Shown here piece after piece: positions 49,540 through 61,680 of a stretch of 64,000 nt of DNA. The DNA is from Octopus sinensis. Its lineage: Eukaryota. Each line of letters opens with the position of its first letter. The first letter of the stretch is position 1. The notes beneath the pieces are model-generated. The model was not told where the DNA came from. It did no database searches and saw only the letters and a program-made list of their open reading frames with translations. The stretch is from contig NC_043003.1 in the NCBI RefSeq assembly GCF_006345805.1, positions 17,918,001 to 17,982,000 on the forward strand, in the 5' to 3' direction. The position numbers and the translations under genes were made by a program.

Positions 49540-51009
49540 AGTAAGGGAGATAAGTCAGATGATACAAGCTTTCATTGATATCTCCATTACGTTAGGTTTA
49601 GTTATTATTATTATGTGATGAATATATAATCTGTATTATTGGTTGTATGTTACTGAATTACTGACAGCAATTTTATATTCGAGTGTATCATTGATAGTAA
49701 ATAATTTGTTGATAGAGTCTTCAAATAATATTCTGCGTGGGTTTCCAGATCAAAGGTAGAAGTTTTCGACTGGATTTAAAAAAATCAATGGACATTCATC
49801 GATTAGATTTGCATAGCGTGACACAGTTATTGTTATGCGGTTCGAGCCTTGTTTCAAGAAACTATTTGAAAAGCGTTGTTATAGTATTCTAAAATAGAAC
49901 AACAATATTTGCTACACAATAATAAAAGTTTGCTTGTTTAGAAGTATGTTTTAAAAACCGTCATTCAGAAGCGTTGCTTCAAAGTCTTTTTTCAAAAGAA
50001 AATAATGCTTGATTTTATTTCTATCGACTTCTTCATTTGAAAGCTACATTTGCCATGTATCTTAATCTCTGTTAACGTAGAAATGTGGTTAAGATTAAGA
50101 TTTATTTAGAAGAAAGGAAAATATGATATGGTACTTATTTCTTGTTGGCAACGTAAATGAAATCAAATTGCAATAACTTGGATGTGAAACCGAGTTACTT
50201 TTCACAGATGGATTTAATCCTTTTCTTTTCAAATATAAGGTTTTTGTTTTTATTATTGCAATAGCCAACGTAAAATTTAGCAGGTGGTCAACGTCCGGTG
50301 AATAGTGTTCATGAATTTATTCCGATTCCTGGTGCTTCATTTATCCTCAACAGATTCATTCCTTGTACATCTATTAGCGATGAAATAGGAAAAAAAAAGA
50401 ATATATGTCAATGTTTTTTTTATCAGTCTTTTACCGAAAAGGTCGTTTAGAAGTTGAAATTACAAAAGGTTGTGGCTTTCCGCTATAAATCTCTCAATGA
50501 TCTTCCTGCAACAGAGAATCGGATCGGAAGGAAATTCTGCACATCAAAGAAGTTATAAAACGTGGTAATTATGCTTTTCTGTTGAAGATTTTGCAAATAT
50601 CAGCAAGTTCAATTCTTGAGCATGTTATGCCGCTATAAAGTTTAAATAAGTTCTTAGATGTTTGCTCGTTAGTCTCATTTTTGAAAGGCATATATATTCA
50701 TGGGAATTAAAAGCTTAAAAAGAGCTTAGCAAAACTGATGACCAGTAAATGAGCAGAGATTTTATAATTAGTTGCTGTTAAATACGCGTGTGTTGCTAGG
50801 AAACGAAAGTAATGGAACGCTTGTTGAAAATTATTCGTAAGAGAATCCATAACTATATTTCGTTTTTGGATTTGGTTTGCAAGATTTTTTATATGAGTTC
50901 GTGTGTTGAAGCCTATTCTGTTGTGTATGAGGAAAGTCATTTTCTTTTTGTGCCTTATTATGTAACACACTCACGGTACAATTTCCACTTATTTCCTATT
51001 TTTACTTCC

Positions 51010-51046
51010 CTAAAATTTTCGTTGCGTCTTGCAACCTTTTCAATAA
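51010..51046 (-). ncRNA. Minimal hammerhead motif, U3:A8 core variant (minus-strand copy)
   Basis: Reverse complement reads tta-TTGAAAA-g-gttgc-aagac-gcaac-GAAA-AT-T-T-tag. Confidence 0.5.
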
Positions 51047-51052
51047 TCTTGA

Positions 51053-51089
51053 CTATTGAAAAGGTTGCAAGATGCAACGAAAATTTTAC
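51053..51089 (+). ncRNA. Minimal hammerhead motif, U3:A8 core variant (plus-strand copy)
   Basis: cta-TTGAAAA-g-gttgc-aagat-gcaac-GAAA-AT-T-T-tac. Stem I is truncated by the inversion. Confidence 0.5.
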
Positions 51090-51150
51090 GAAAATAAAAA
51101 TAAGAAATAAGAGGGAATTTTACTGGTGAGTGTGTTACATTATAAAACAC

Positions 51151-53196
51151 GGATCTTTTCTTTTTGAAAGCCAGATTTTTCAGATTTTTCTAGTTAACTA
51201 AATAATTTGAAACTTCGTATACTGGTAGAATGTGTCAAAAGAAAACAATAATTTCAACTAGTTTTTTTGACAAAAATGTATTTTATAAGTTTAAACGTAG
51301 TTTATATCTGCGAATTTTAACCAATGGTATTCTCTGTATTGAGTTGAAATTATTTGCCCCGTCAATTATTTGTGACGTAGTTAACGTAAACAGCTAAATT
51401 CGATTTGAAAGCTTGACTTGCATTGCTTTATAGAATTTGAAAGTTATTTGTTTTGTATAAAATTATTATTCGTTTCGTCTTTAATAAATATATATGTGCA
51501 CAACAAACGTGCCTACACACGTACTGTTTACTTCGGATGAATAATAAACACATATTCAGTGTTTTTGTATAGGCTTCGGGTGTTTTCTCTATACAATTTA
51601 TATATTTACTATAAACTTGTGCACACGCTTTGATTCTTCAGTTTGACACACGCCTTGAACCGGTTATTTGGCTTGTATGCACCCACTTACACACACGTAC
51701 CCATCCATACGCATACTCGCACATAATCAGGGCCCCTCTGCGTTTTCGCTCGTCGATGTGCTAGGAATAACACCCAAATCCCCTTAAAACCATATACTAC
51801 TGGGTTAAAGGAAGGGTACATTGGCTAATATAATCATAGATGCTATATCTGATAAAAAAAAGGGGGGGGCGCAAAAATACGGGTTGGTCATAGTTGGAAC
51901 CCTTTGATCCTCAACCGGGTTTATCAGGATGACCTGAGTTAAATAGCAATAACAATATATTTGTAATATTGATTATAGACACAAAGCATATATTTTGGGG
52001 TGAGTGGAGGGTATAATCATTTATATCGATCTCCAATACTTGATCGATGTATTTTCTCGACCGTGGAAGAACAGACGGCTTGTTTTGAATTCCGGTGAGG
52101 GTTGAAACCCGAACGTATAGGACCGTATCCCTAAACATTCTAACAGTCCTTTACCAAGCCCTTGTCAGCATGTAATATCATCTGATCCACATTATCTCTC
52201 TATTATTTGTCCACGCGTGAAAATATATCATCAAGGTGACATAGTTAAACTTCGGCGAAAAATATAATGTAAAGCTGGCAGAATCGGTAGTGCATCGGAT
52301 AAAATGCCTAGCGTCATTTTTTACGAATCTTTACGTTCCGTGTTCGAATATTGCTGAGCTTTCTTTCTTTCGGGCGGCGCTTATTGAATAAGTACCAGTT
52401 GAATACAATCAACTAGTTTTTCCCATCAGCTTCAGTCCTCGTACTTACTGGGGAAAGAAATATTATTAAGGAAGGGGGTGGGGCAAGCTGGCAGAATCGT
52501 TCGTGCGTCGGACAAAATACCTTGTGGCATTTCTTCCGACTCCTCACGTTACCGTCGTCGTCGACTTTACCTTCCATGATCAATTAAGTACCAGTCAATG
52601 TAATCGATTAACCCCTCCTCCCAAATTGTTGGTCTTGTGCCAAAATTTTGTGCAATTTTATTTTTTATATCGAAACTAAATATATAGTTTTAGCTCTCAA
52701 GGTGAACTCCAAGCAATTACCTATGATGAAAGGTATTCTAGGTTTGACCATCCAGAAAAATAAGATTTAATGCGAATTACATGTATTTTAGAGTGACGAA
52801 AATTACCGAAACACCTCCAAAAATTTATCATCGAAATTTCATTTTATTCTCGACAGCTATTTCGAAAGCCCACCGTATTTTTATTATTATTCTGTCTGTT
52901 TAGGACTTTGTTATATGGGACGGTGATGTTTACATTTTAGCTATGTTAACTACGTCACAAAATAGCTGTTTACGTCACAGTAACAATATTTTGAGAAGCA
53001 GTAAATAATATGAGGCCGAAAGAAAGAATATCATTGGTTAAAATTCGAATTTTTAAACAACGTTAAACTTAGAAATTACAATTCCGTTTTCATTTTGGTT
53101 TACAATTATGTTTTCTTTTGACACATTCTACCAGTATACGAAGTTTCAAATTGTTTAGTTGACTAGGAAAATCTGGCATTCAAAAGGAAAAGATCC
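51151..53196. mobile_element. Non-autonomous MULE-like element, about 2 kb, with nested degraded SINEs
   Basis: GGATCTTTTC...GAAAAGATCC long TIRs. Flanking duplication TAAAACAC and TAAAGCAC. Confidence 0.8.
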
Positions 53197-53774
53197 TAAA
53201 GCACAAAAAGAAAATGACTCTCCCCAGACACAACATCATAATTATATACTCAACATAAATATTGCTTGTGTCTGGTGGTCAGTTTTAACGGAAAAGTCAG
53301 GAGAGAATGTTACCTGTAAATATTTCACAGTTTTTGTTTAACCTCAAGTCAATAAGTGTCTGTGCGTATTTCATTATACAAACAAAAGAATAGAAGACAA
53401 AATATACCTATATATACCGTATTTACTCATGCATAAACCGCACTGGAAAAACTGGGGTATAGTTATACATGTGGCAAAGTTAAAACTATATACAAAGTTA
53501 CAAACACACGCGGGGGTCAGCTGAAAAGTTCCTAGGCTGACAAAGATACTCTTGTGGAATGTGACCAAATGAGGTTTATTTTTCAATGTAGTCCCCCCCA
53601 CCACCACCGCTTGCAGTCCATACACTTCTTCCATCGGTGTTGCAGTACTCGGTTCCCAGCCTGGTGTTTTCATGTTGGAGAACACCCGATCGTCAGATGG
53701 GACCAAATCAAGAAATTACAGAGGGTGATGAACCAGTTCAAAGCCACAGTCACGCACAGTAGCCATTGAAACTA

Positions 53775-53829
53775 CAGTGACCCTTCGCTACTTCGCGGTT
53801 CAACTATCGTGGATTCACGACTTCGCAGA

Positions 53830-53878
<49 letters not shown>

Positions 53879-54999
53879 CAACTAGAGACATCGACGCGTT
53901 ATTAGACTGCCACTCCCAGCCGCTAACCGACACAGACCTCGAAGACTTGACGAAGTCGGCCAGCGAAGAAGAAGAAGAAGAGCAGCAAGAAACTGAAGAA
54001 ATTGACCAAACTGGCTTGACTTTGGAACGGCTGGCCAAGCTCTGCAACCTGGCTAAAGAATTGAAAGAGGGGTCACAGGAATGGGACGACGATATGGTTC
54101 GTTCTGTGCAATTTTGCAACAAGGTCGACGAAGTCCTGAATCCCTGCAAGAAGCTCTTTGAACGGAAAAAGAAGCAGCGGCAGCAACTTCCTATAACAAT
54201 GTTTTTGCAGCCTCTCAAAAAAGAGCCAGTTCCTGCCGCAATTAATAGGGTTGTACCTTCGGAAGACGTGGAAGAGGTGTCCCAGGAAAGGGCACCGCCG
54301 TCAGCTTCATCATCATCATTTCTACTGCACAGCAAATTCATCACCATCATCATTCAAATTTTACTTCAACTTCTTTCGTGTTGAGTACAGTAACAATCTT
54401 TATTTTTTTAAAACCCAAAGTGTTATTGCTTAACAATTGTCCTTGTTATTAATAAACTACTGTAATGGGTGGGCTGTTAACAGTACAGGGAGGGTTTTAA
54501 AAGTTCAAATACACGTTAAATATATTTCTTTATTGCACACAAGGGACTAAACATGGAGGGGACAAACAAGGACAGACAAACTGATTAAGTCGATTACATC
54601 GACCCCAGTGCGAAACTGGTACTTTATTTATCGACCCCGAAAGGATGAAAGGCAAAGTCGACCTCGGCGGAATTTGAACTCAGAAATAACGACAGACGAA
54701 ATACCTATTTCTTTACTACCCACAAGGGGCTAAACACAGAGAGGACAAACAAGGACAGACAAACGGATTAAGTCGATTATATCGACCCCAGTAACTGGTA
54801 CTTATTTAATCGACCCCGAAAGGATGAAAGGCAAAGTCGACCTCGGCGGAATTAGAACTCAGAACGCAGCGGTGGATGAAATACCGCTAAGCATTTCGCC
54901 CGGCGCCCTAACGTGTCTGCCGGTGTCCCTACTTCGCGGAAATTCAGTTATCGCGGCCGGTCTCGGAACCAATCTAGCGCGATAAACGAGGGCTCACTG
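53775..54999 (+). mobile_element. Tigger/pogo deletion derivative with transposase C-terminal remnant
   Basis: TA-CAGTGACCCTTCG and CGAGGGCTCACTG-TA ends. ORF 53947-54384 has an acidic tract and KKKQRQQLPITMF, typical of Tigger C-termini. A tandem SINE is nested at about 54523-54922. Confidence 0.85.
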
Positions 55000-57337
55000 T
55001 AAATACTTGTGTGCTGAATCCTCCTAAATCCAACTACATCGTCAATAAAGCTAGAACGTCATTCTCCAGCATGAATGTCCTTAGCGGGGTTAAGCATTTT
55101 TTCTGCAGGTATTTGATAACACCAAGATGCCAAATTTGGTCTGTTTTTAAGAGAATTGGCTACTAGTTACGTTTGAAGTCTTCTTTAAACTGCCAGATAT
55201 CAGTTTACCTGGAAAGAACAATGCAGGTGTTAACGAGAAGAGATGAAATTAATGCAGGCAAGATTTCCCAACTCTAGCTTCACTCTTTCCTAGTCAGCCT
55301 ATGAACTATTTAGCCCACCCTAATATATACACATATATATTATGTGTGTGTGTGCGTACATATACTGATACAATCATTTATGTGTGCGTGCGTGTGTGTG
55401 TGTATGTATGCGTGCGTGCGTATTTGAGTGTGTGCGTGCGTGTGTGTGTGCGCGCGTCCGTACATATACTGATACACACATTTATGTGTGCGTGCATGCT
55501 TGCATGCGCGCGTATATGTGTGTGCGTGTGTATGTGTGTGCGTGCTTGTGACACTGTTTCTGTGTCTGTTCTTCCACTACTGCTTGACAACCGTTGTTGG
55601 TGTGCACACGCGTCCATAACATAGCGGTTCGGGAAATGTCACCGATATAATTATCGGTTTGGTCGATTCGTTCGACTAAAACCCTTCAAGACGATGCCCC
55701 AGCTAGGCCGCAGACTAAGGACTGGAAACAAGTGTAAAAGGCAAGAGATAAAGATACACTGGCAGTGCTCCAGCATGGCTACAGTCTCAAGGTTGAAACG
55801 TATAAAGGAATAAAAAATGTACGCACCTATAGGCGTAGGAGTAGCTGTGTGGTAAGTAGCTTGTTTACCAGTCACATGGTTCCGGGTTCAGTCCCACTGC
55901 GTGGCACCTTGGACAAGTGTCTTCTACCATAGCCTCGGGCCGACCAAAGCCTTGTGAGTGGATTTGGTAGACGGAAACTGAAAGAAGCCCGTCGTATATA
56001 TATATATATGTGTGTATATATGCGTGTCTGTGTTTGTGTATCCCTGTTTGTCCCCCTAGCACTGCTTGACAACCGATACTTAGCAGTTCGGCAAAAGAGA
56101 CCGATAGAATAAGTACTGGGCTTACAAAAGAATAAGTCCCGGGGTCGAGTTGCTCGATTAAAGGCGGTGCTCCAGCATGGCCGCAGTCAGATGACTGAAA
56201 CAAGTAAAAGAATATACACACACGCAAACATTTACGTGTATTGACATTTAAAAGACATTACTGTGTAAGTGTGTGTGTTTGTGTGTGTGAGTAGTTATGT
56301 GTTTGTGTGTGTGTTTAATGCGTGCACGTGTGTTTATTTTTGTGTGTGCGTATTTGTCCACCGATATAAACTGTTATGTAGCCCAAAACCTCCTCCGAGA
56401 CGAATCTAAATATTCATCTTCATCCTCAAAAATAAATAAATAAATAAATAAATAAATAAACAGGCGTGGCAGTGGCTGTGTGGTAAGTCGGTTGCTTACC
56501 AACCACGTGGTTCCCGGTTCAGTCCCACTGCGTGGCACCTCGGGCAAGTGTCTTCTATTATAGCCTCGGGTCGACCAAATCCTCGTGAGTGGATTTGGTA
56601 GACGGAAACTGAAAGAAGCCCGTCGTATATATGTATATATATATGTGTGTGCATATGTTTGTGTGTCTGTGTTTGTCCCCCCAACATCGCTTGACAACCG
56701 ATGCCGGTGTGTTTACGTCCCCGTAGCTTAGCGGTTCGGCAAAAGAAACTGATAGAATAAGTACTAGGCTTACAAAGAATAAGTCCTGGGGTCGATTTGC
56801 TCGACTAAAGGCGGTGCTCCAGCATGGCCGCAGTCAAATGACTGAAACAAGTAAAAGAGTAAAAAAGTAAATAAATTTGCTTTGCATAATTAAATGAAAA
56901 TAAGTTGAAGAAACGTTAGTTCATAACAGATTCTGAAATAGATCAAAGCTATAGAAACAATACCGTAACAAACTCATCCTCCACGCAGATTGCATCATTC
57001 ACGGAATAGACAAATTACACGCAGCGAATGCTATATGAAACTACATCTATCGTGTAGAATGGATAAGGAACTCATTAAAGACGCATAAAACTTTACAAGC
57101 AACATGTAATCACACTTAACTAACAGTTGGGCCATTTCTTTTCTTTCTTTTATTCTTTTCAACGTTTCAGTCACACGGCTGAGGTCATGCTGGAGCTAGA
57201 AATTAAAATGTAAAGGAAACACAAATTAAAAAAACAAACAAAATTTTCCCATCAAACGTAAGCGCAGGCAAGGAAGGCTGCGGGTTTAAGGACCTCACTT
57301 TGCAAACAAGTGGTTTGGAGTTCATTCCCACTGCACG

Positions 57338-57415
57338 GCACCTTGAGTTCGCGGCACCTTGAGTCTGCGGTACCTTGAGTTCGTTGCACCTTGAGTCCGC
57401 AGTACCTTGAGTCCT
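57338..57415. repeat. 16-bp tandem repeat (GGCACCTTGAGTTCGC) x5 inside a SINE head
   Basis: Five degenerate units replace the usual single GGCACCTTG motif. Confidence 0.8.
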
Positions 57416-58154
57416 AACAAATGCTGTGTGAGTGGATTTGGTAGATAGCAAATGTGTGGAAGCCCGTCGTGTGTATGCATGCATGCATGTATGTATGTAT
57501 GTATGTATGTATGTATGTATGTATGTTTGTATGTATGTATGTATGTATGTATGTATGTATGTATGTATGTATGTATTGTGTGTGTGTAGATATATATGTA
57601 TATGTGCGTGCACGCGTGTGTGCTTGTTTGTGTGTGTATGTGTGTATAGATGTGTTCGTGTGTGTGTATTTGTGTTTGTCTCCTACAACTACCGCTTCAC
57701 AACCGGTGTTTGTTTGCTTACATTCCAGCAACTTTGAAGTTCAGCAAAAGATACCGGTCGAATAGGCCCCAGACTTAAGAAAAGAAAAAAAAACAAAACA
57801 AAAGTATCTTGGCCGATTTATTTGATTAAACCAGTTTCGAGCACATCAATGTATCCAGCAGCATTAATTCTAAGACCATGTGGAAAAAGTGGGGCAGCAT
57901 CACATGACCTTCGCTACTCACCACTCCTAAAACCTATTTCTTTATTGCCCACAAGGGGCTACACACAGAGAGGACAAACAAGGACAGACAAACGGATCAA
58001 GTCGATTATATCGACCCCAGTGCGTAACTGGTACTTATTTAATCGACCCCGAAAGAATGAAAGGCAAAGTCGACCTCGGTTGAATTTGAACTCAGAACGT
58101 AACGGCAGACGAAATACTGCTAAGTATTTCGCCCTGCGTGCTGACGTTTCTGAT

Positions 58155-58709
58155 CACAGTTGCTGGAAATTTCGTGTACATCACTCTGGGTACTTCAGAA
58201 GGATCTGTACATAACCACCTGTTCTTTTGATCCTGGTCAAAGTTTTTTTCATCAGAGAATAACCAAAATCCTTGTTCATGGGGATTTTTCGCTTTGTTAA
58301 GTAACCGTTTTGGACGGATGAGACGGTTTTCTCGTGTCTTTGCAGACACAATTTAGCCTTTCTTTATTACATAGGGCTTGTATCGAATGTCACGATGTGC
58401 CACAGTTCTGATAGTCCACTTTGAGACCCGAAGTTCTATAGCAATGGACTTCATTGATCTTCTGGAGTTTTCATCGACAATGTTTTGAACATGTTGTATA
58501 AACTCCAGTGTCCTTTTAGTGTCTGAGCATTGTGAATATTTTCTTCTCTTTGATACAGGTGGAACATTACCATCACATGCCTCCATTTCCAACCAAGCTT
58601 TGTGTACAAATAATCTTACAACATTTAGAAAGTGGCTAATTTCTAAATCACTGTGGTTTGCATGTATAGCCACTATGATTTTATGTCTTTTCATTTCTTG
58701 AGCTAGCAT
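58155..58709 (-). pseudogene. Degraded maT/DD37D-like (Tc1/mariner superfamily) transposase fragment
   Basis: HTH region MLAQEMKRHKIIVAI...SMKSIAIELRVS, then WLFSDEKNFDQDQKNRWL...MYTKFPATV, with a stop. Truncated by a SINE. Confidence 0.75.
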
Positions 58710-58835
58710 GATATCTTGAAAGGGCTATCTGACAAAAAAAAAAAAAATGACACACTAAATAATTCAAAATGGTGATGAACTAAAAACGAAATGTCCTCAA
58801 ATAACTCCTCGAATTCCGTATATATGTAATGGGCG

Positions 58836-59220
58836 GAGGCGCAATGGCCCAGTGGTTAGGGCAGCGGACTCGCGGTCGTAGGATCGTGGTTTCGATTCCC
58901 AGACCGGGCGTTGTGAGTGTTTATTGAGCGAAAACACCTAAAGTTCCACGAGGCTCCGGCAGGGGATGGTGGTGATCCCTGCTGTACTCTTTCGCCACAA
59001 CTTTCTCTCACTCTTACTTCCTGTTTCTGTTGTACCTGTATTTCAAAGGGCCGGCCTTGTCACTCTCTGTGTCACGCTGAATATCCGCGAGAACTACGTT
59101 AAGGGTACACGTGTCTGTGGAGTGCTCAGCCACTTACACGTTAATTTCACGAGCAGGCTGTTCCATTGATCGGATCAACCGGAACCCTCGTCGTCGTAAC
59201 CGACGGAGTGCTTCCATCCA
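58836..59220 (+). mobile_element. tRNA(Arg)-like SINE, third family; minus copies near 14700, 24935, 26160
   Basis: GGAGGCGCAATGGCCCAGTGGTTAGGGCAGCGGACTCGCG head and GTTTCGATTCCC B-box. Confidence 0.85.
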
Positions 59221-59730
59221 TATGTAATGACATTGTTCATTGTCTTCTGTAACAAAGAATTTCGCTTGCCATTTCTAGTCATTTAAGTAACCCCAATGAA
59301 GCAGTACCGTCTTAAGGTTTAAGCATGCTGGGCTGTTGCCTAAAGCTCTCACGGGTTTAGGGACCTAGTTTTGATCTATATGTGATAACTGCATTAGATA
59401 CCAGTTTGTATCTTAAAATTGTTCTTTATTATCCGTCGTTTTAGTGTTGTACCATTTATCAAATTAGAGCTGTGTGTTATTAGTGTTAACAAATGAATAT
59501 CAAACTCTCAGTTAAGTCTCGCGGTTACACGCAGCAATCCCGAGAGGGAAGGAGACTGACGGTCAGCCACGGAGGACGGTGTTACTTGTAAACAAGCACT
59601 GAACTGCCTATAAACTATTCGAGGCGACTCCTCTTGTTTGAAACCTATGTAATTCACCTTAAAGGTTCCGCGCATTGGTTTGTCCGGGAGCTTATGATGT
59701 CGCTAAGACGGCCCAGCAATGAGTCTCCTG

Positions 59731-59942
<212 letters not shown>

Positions 59943-59961
59943 CATTTATTTATTTATTTAT

Positions 59962-60322
59962 TTATTACCTCTGCTTTAGCGAGGGCGGAAGTATTGTTTT
60001 CAGTCGTATTTGTTTGTTTGTCCGTGGACAAGATATCTCAAGAACCACTGGATGGATTCGAATGAAACTTTCAGGGCTGTTTGGCTTCGTGACTGGCACG
60101 AACTGCTTAGATTTTGGGATCAATCTGGTACCGGACAAGGATTCTGGATTATTTTTCCTGGATTATTTTTGAGAGCAGTCGGGTTAATTTTTAGTATTGT
60201 CATTTGTGAGAGCAGCCGAGTTTATTTCAGATATTCTCATTTTAAAAATCATCTCCGGCTAATCGTTGAGAGGACGTTGGTGTTGCCTAGGCGGAGGTTT
60301 GCGCTCTCTGAATGCTCTTGTT
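59962..60322 (+). mobile_element. Helentron-associated non-autonomous element (HINE/DINE-like)
   Basis: ATTACCTCTGC...GGCGGAGGT subterminal inverted repeat, 3-prime hairpin GCGCTCTCTGAATGC, GTTT microsatellite, T-rich insertion site. Confidence 0.7.
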
Positions 60323-60983
60323 TATTTATTTATTTTCGTCTGCCAATGCAGCTGAGTAAGAACGTTTGTGCGCGCGCATGTGTGTGCGATATTTTGTTTT
60401 AAAGGTAATTAATGTTTGAGAAAGCATGGAAGTTACTGACACGAGTGGAGGAAAAATAATATTGACCGAAGTCCAATTTATAACAAGCGATCGTTTATTC
60501 TTAAACAAAGAGGAAACAAACGGTCTGTGCTATATTATAAATGTTTCTCCACCTTGCAGTTAATGATTTTATTTATTGTCGATGTAAGCGGCCTGTATTC
60601 ATTGTTGGTTTATTTTTACCAGAAGTACTGTTTGCTATCGACATTTCGTAGACACTTCATCATTCTCATTGTCACCACTAACAACATAATCAATATCGTA
60701 TGTAGCAAACCAGTGAGGTAGCCTCTTGCTGTCGTTTCATCGGCAAGAAATAACAGACTATTCTCACTCATACCGAACCATAGCATTTTTCTAAAAAAAG
60801 GGATGGGGTGGATGACACCAGGCCCGTCGCCAGACTGATGCCTGGGGGGATGGAGTGCTTCAGAATATTCTGGGTGGGGACTAATTTGTAATAATAATAC
60901 AGGTGGGTTTCGAAATAAATGTGTCGCTGTAAATTATTATCATTATGGACATTATTGTTTACAGCGATTTGCGTTGGACAAAA

Positions 60984-61680
60984 CATTGCTAAAATTGCCA
61001 AGAAGGCTGAGGGTGTCTTGGCATCACTCACCAAGTCCTTTGTGAGCCACTCTCTGGCTATCTATTCGCGACTTTATATAGCTATGGTGCGACCTCACCT
61101 GGAATTTGCATCACCGGTCTGAAACCCCTATCTTGCCCAGGATATTAATCGTCTGGAAGCCGTTCAGCGACGCGCAACCAAGAGAATACCCTCCATCAGG
61201 CATTTGCCATATTCTGAACGCCTTACTTCCCTGAGCATGGATACATTGAAACTCCGACGTCTGGCAGCTGACTTGGCAGACACCCATAAAATTATCAACC
61301 ATCTTACAAACAATAACTCTGAGCACTTTTTCAAACTCCACCCGTCTAACACCCTTGGACATGTTTACAAAGTCAGAAAACAGCACAGCTCCCATGACTT
61401 TAGGAAACATTTTTTCATGCTGAGAGTTGCTGAAGTATGGAACAATCTGCCGGCATCAGCTGTTAGTTGTCAGAGCACTGCATCCTTCAAAACTTCCATG
61501 CTTCCTGAGATTCGCTAACTCTACAGCTGATTTTCTCCCCTCCATACACATGCAAGCATGTATCTGACTCATACACTGTTCACTTCCCAGACATTTTTTC
61601 ATTACTGCATATGCTTTATACGCACTTTTGACAAGTTGTGGTGCACCTGAGCACTGTACACAATAATTTCATTATATTAT
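60984..61680 (+). mobile_element. CR1-type LINE 3-prime fragment
   Basis: LYIAMVRPHLEFASPV*NP...LEAVQRRATK...YSERLTSL...GHVYKV...RKHFFMLRVAEVWNNL, then a 3-prime UTR and (ATT)-rich tail. Confidence 0.9.

Larger units (their letters stand above)
50915..51150. repeat. Fold-back (Penelope-like termini) palindrome whose right arm resumes at 53197-53235 after a MULE insertion
   Basis: 50950-51046 mirrors 51053-51150. TAAAGCACAAAAAGAAAATGACT at 53197 mirrors 50936-50958. Confidence 0.8.

Noticed and set aside
50427-50564. Plus-strand exon-like segment (tatcAG...GTAATT) divergent from the FAM221A promoter
   Set aside because: Stops occur in all three frames and no linked exons were found. A non-coding exon cannot be supported from sequence alone.
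53947-54384. 145-aa acidic ORF as a host gene
   Set aside because: It lies within Tigger-type TIRs and resembles a transposase C-terminus.
58836-58915. tRNA gene-like sequence; similar heads at 1759, 28175, 31053
   Set aside because: Each continues into a multi-copy SINE body, so they are SINE heads rather than functional tRNAs.
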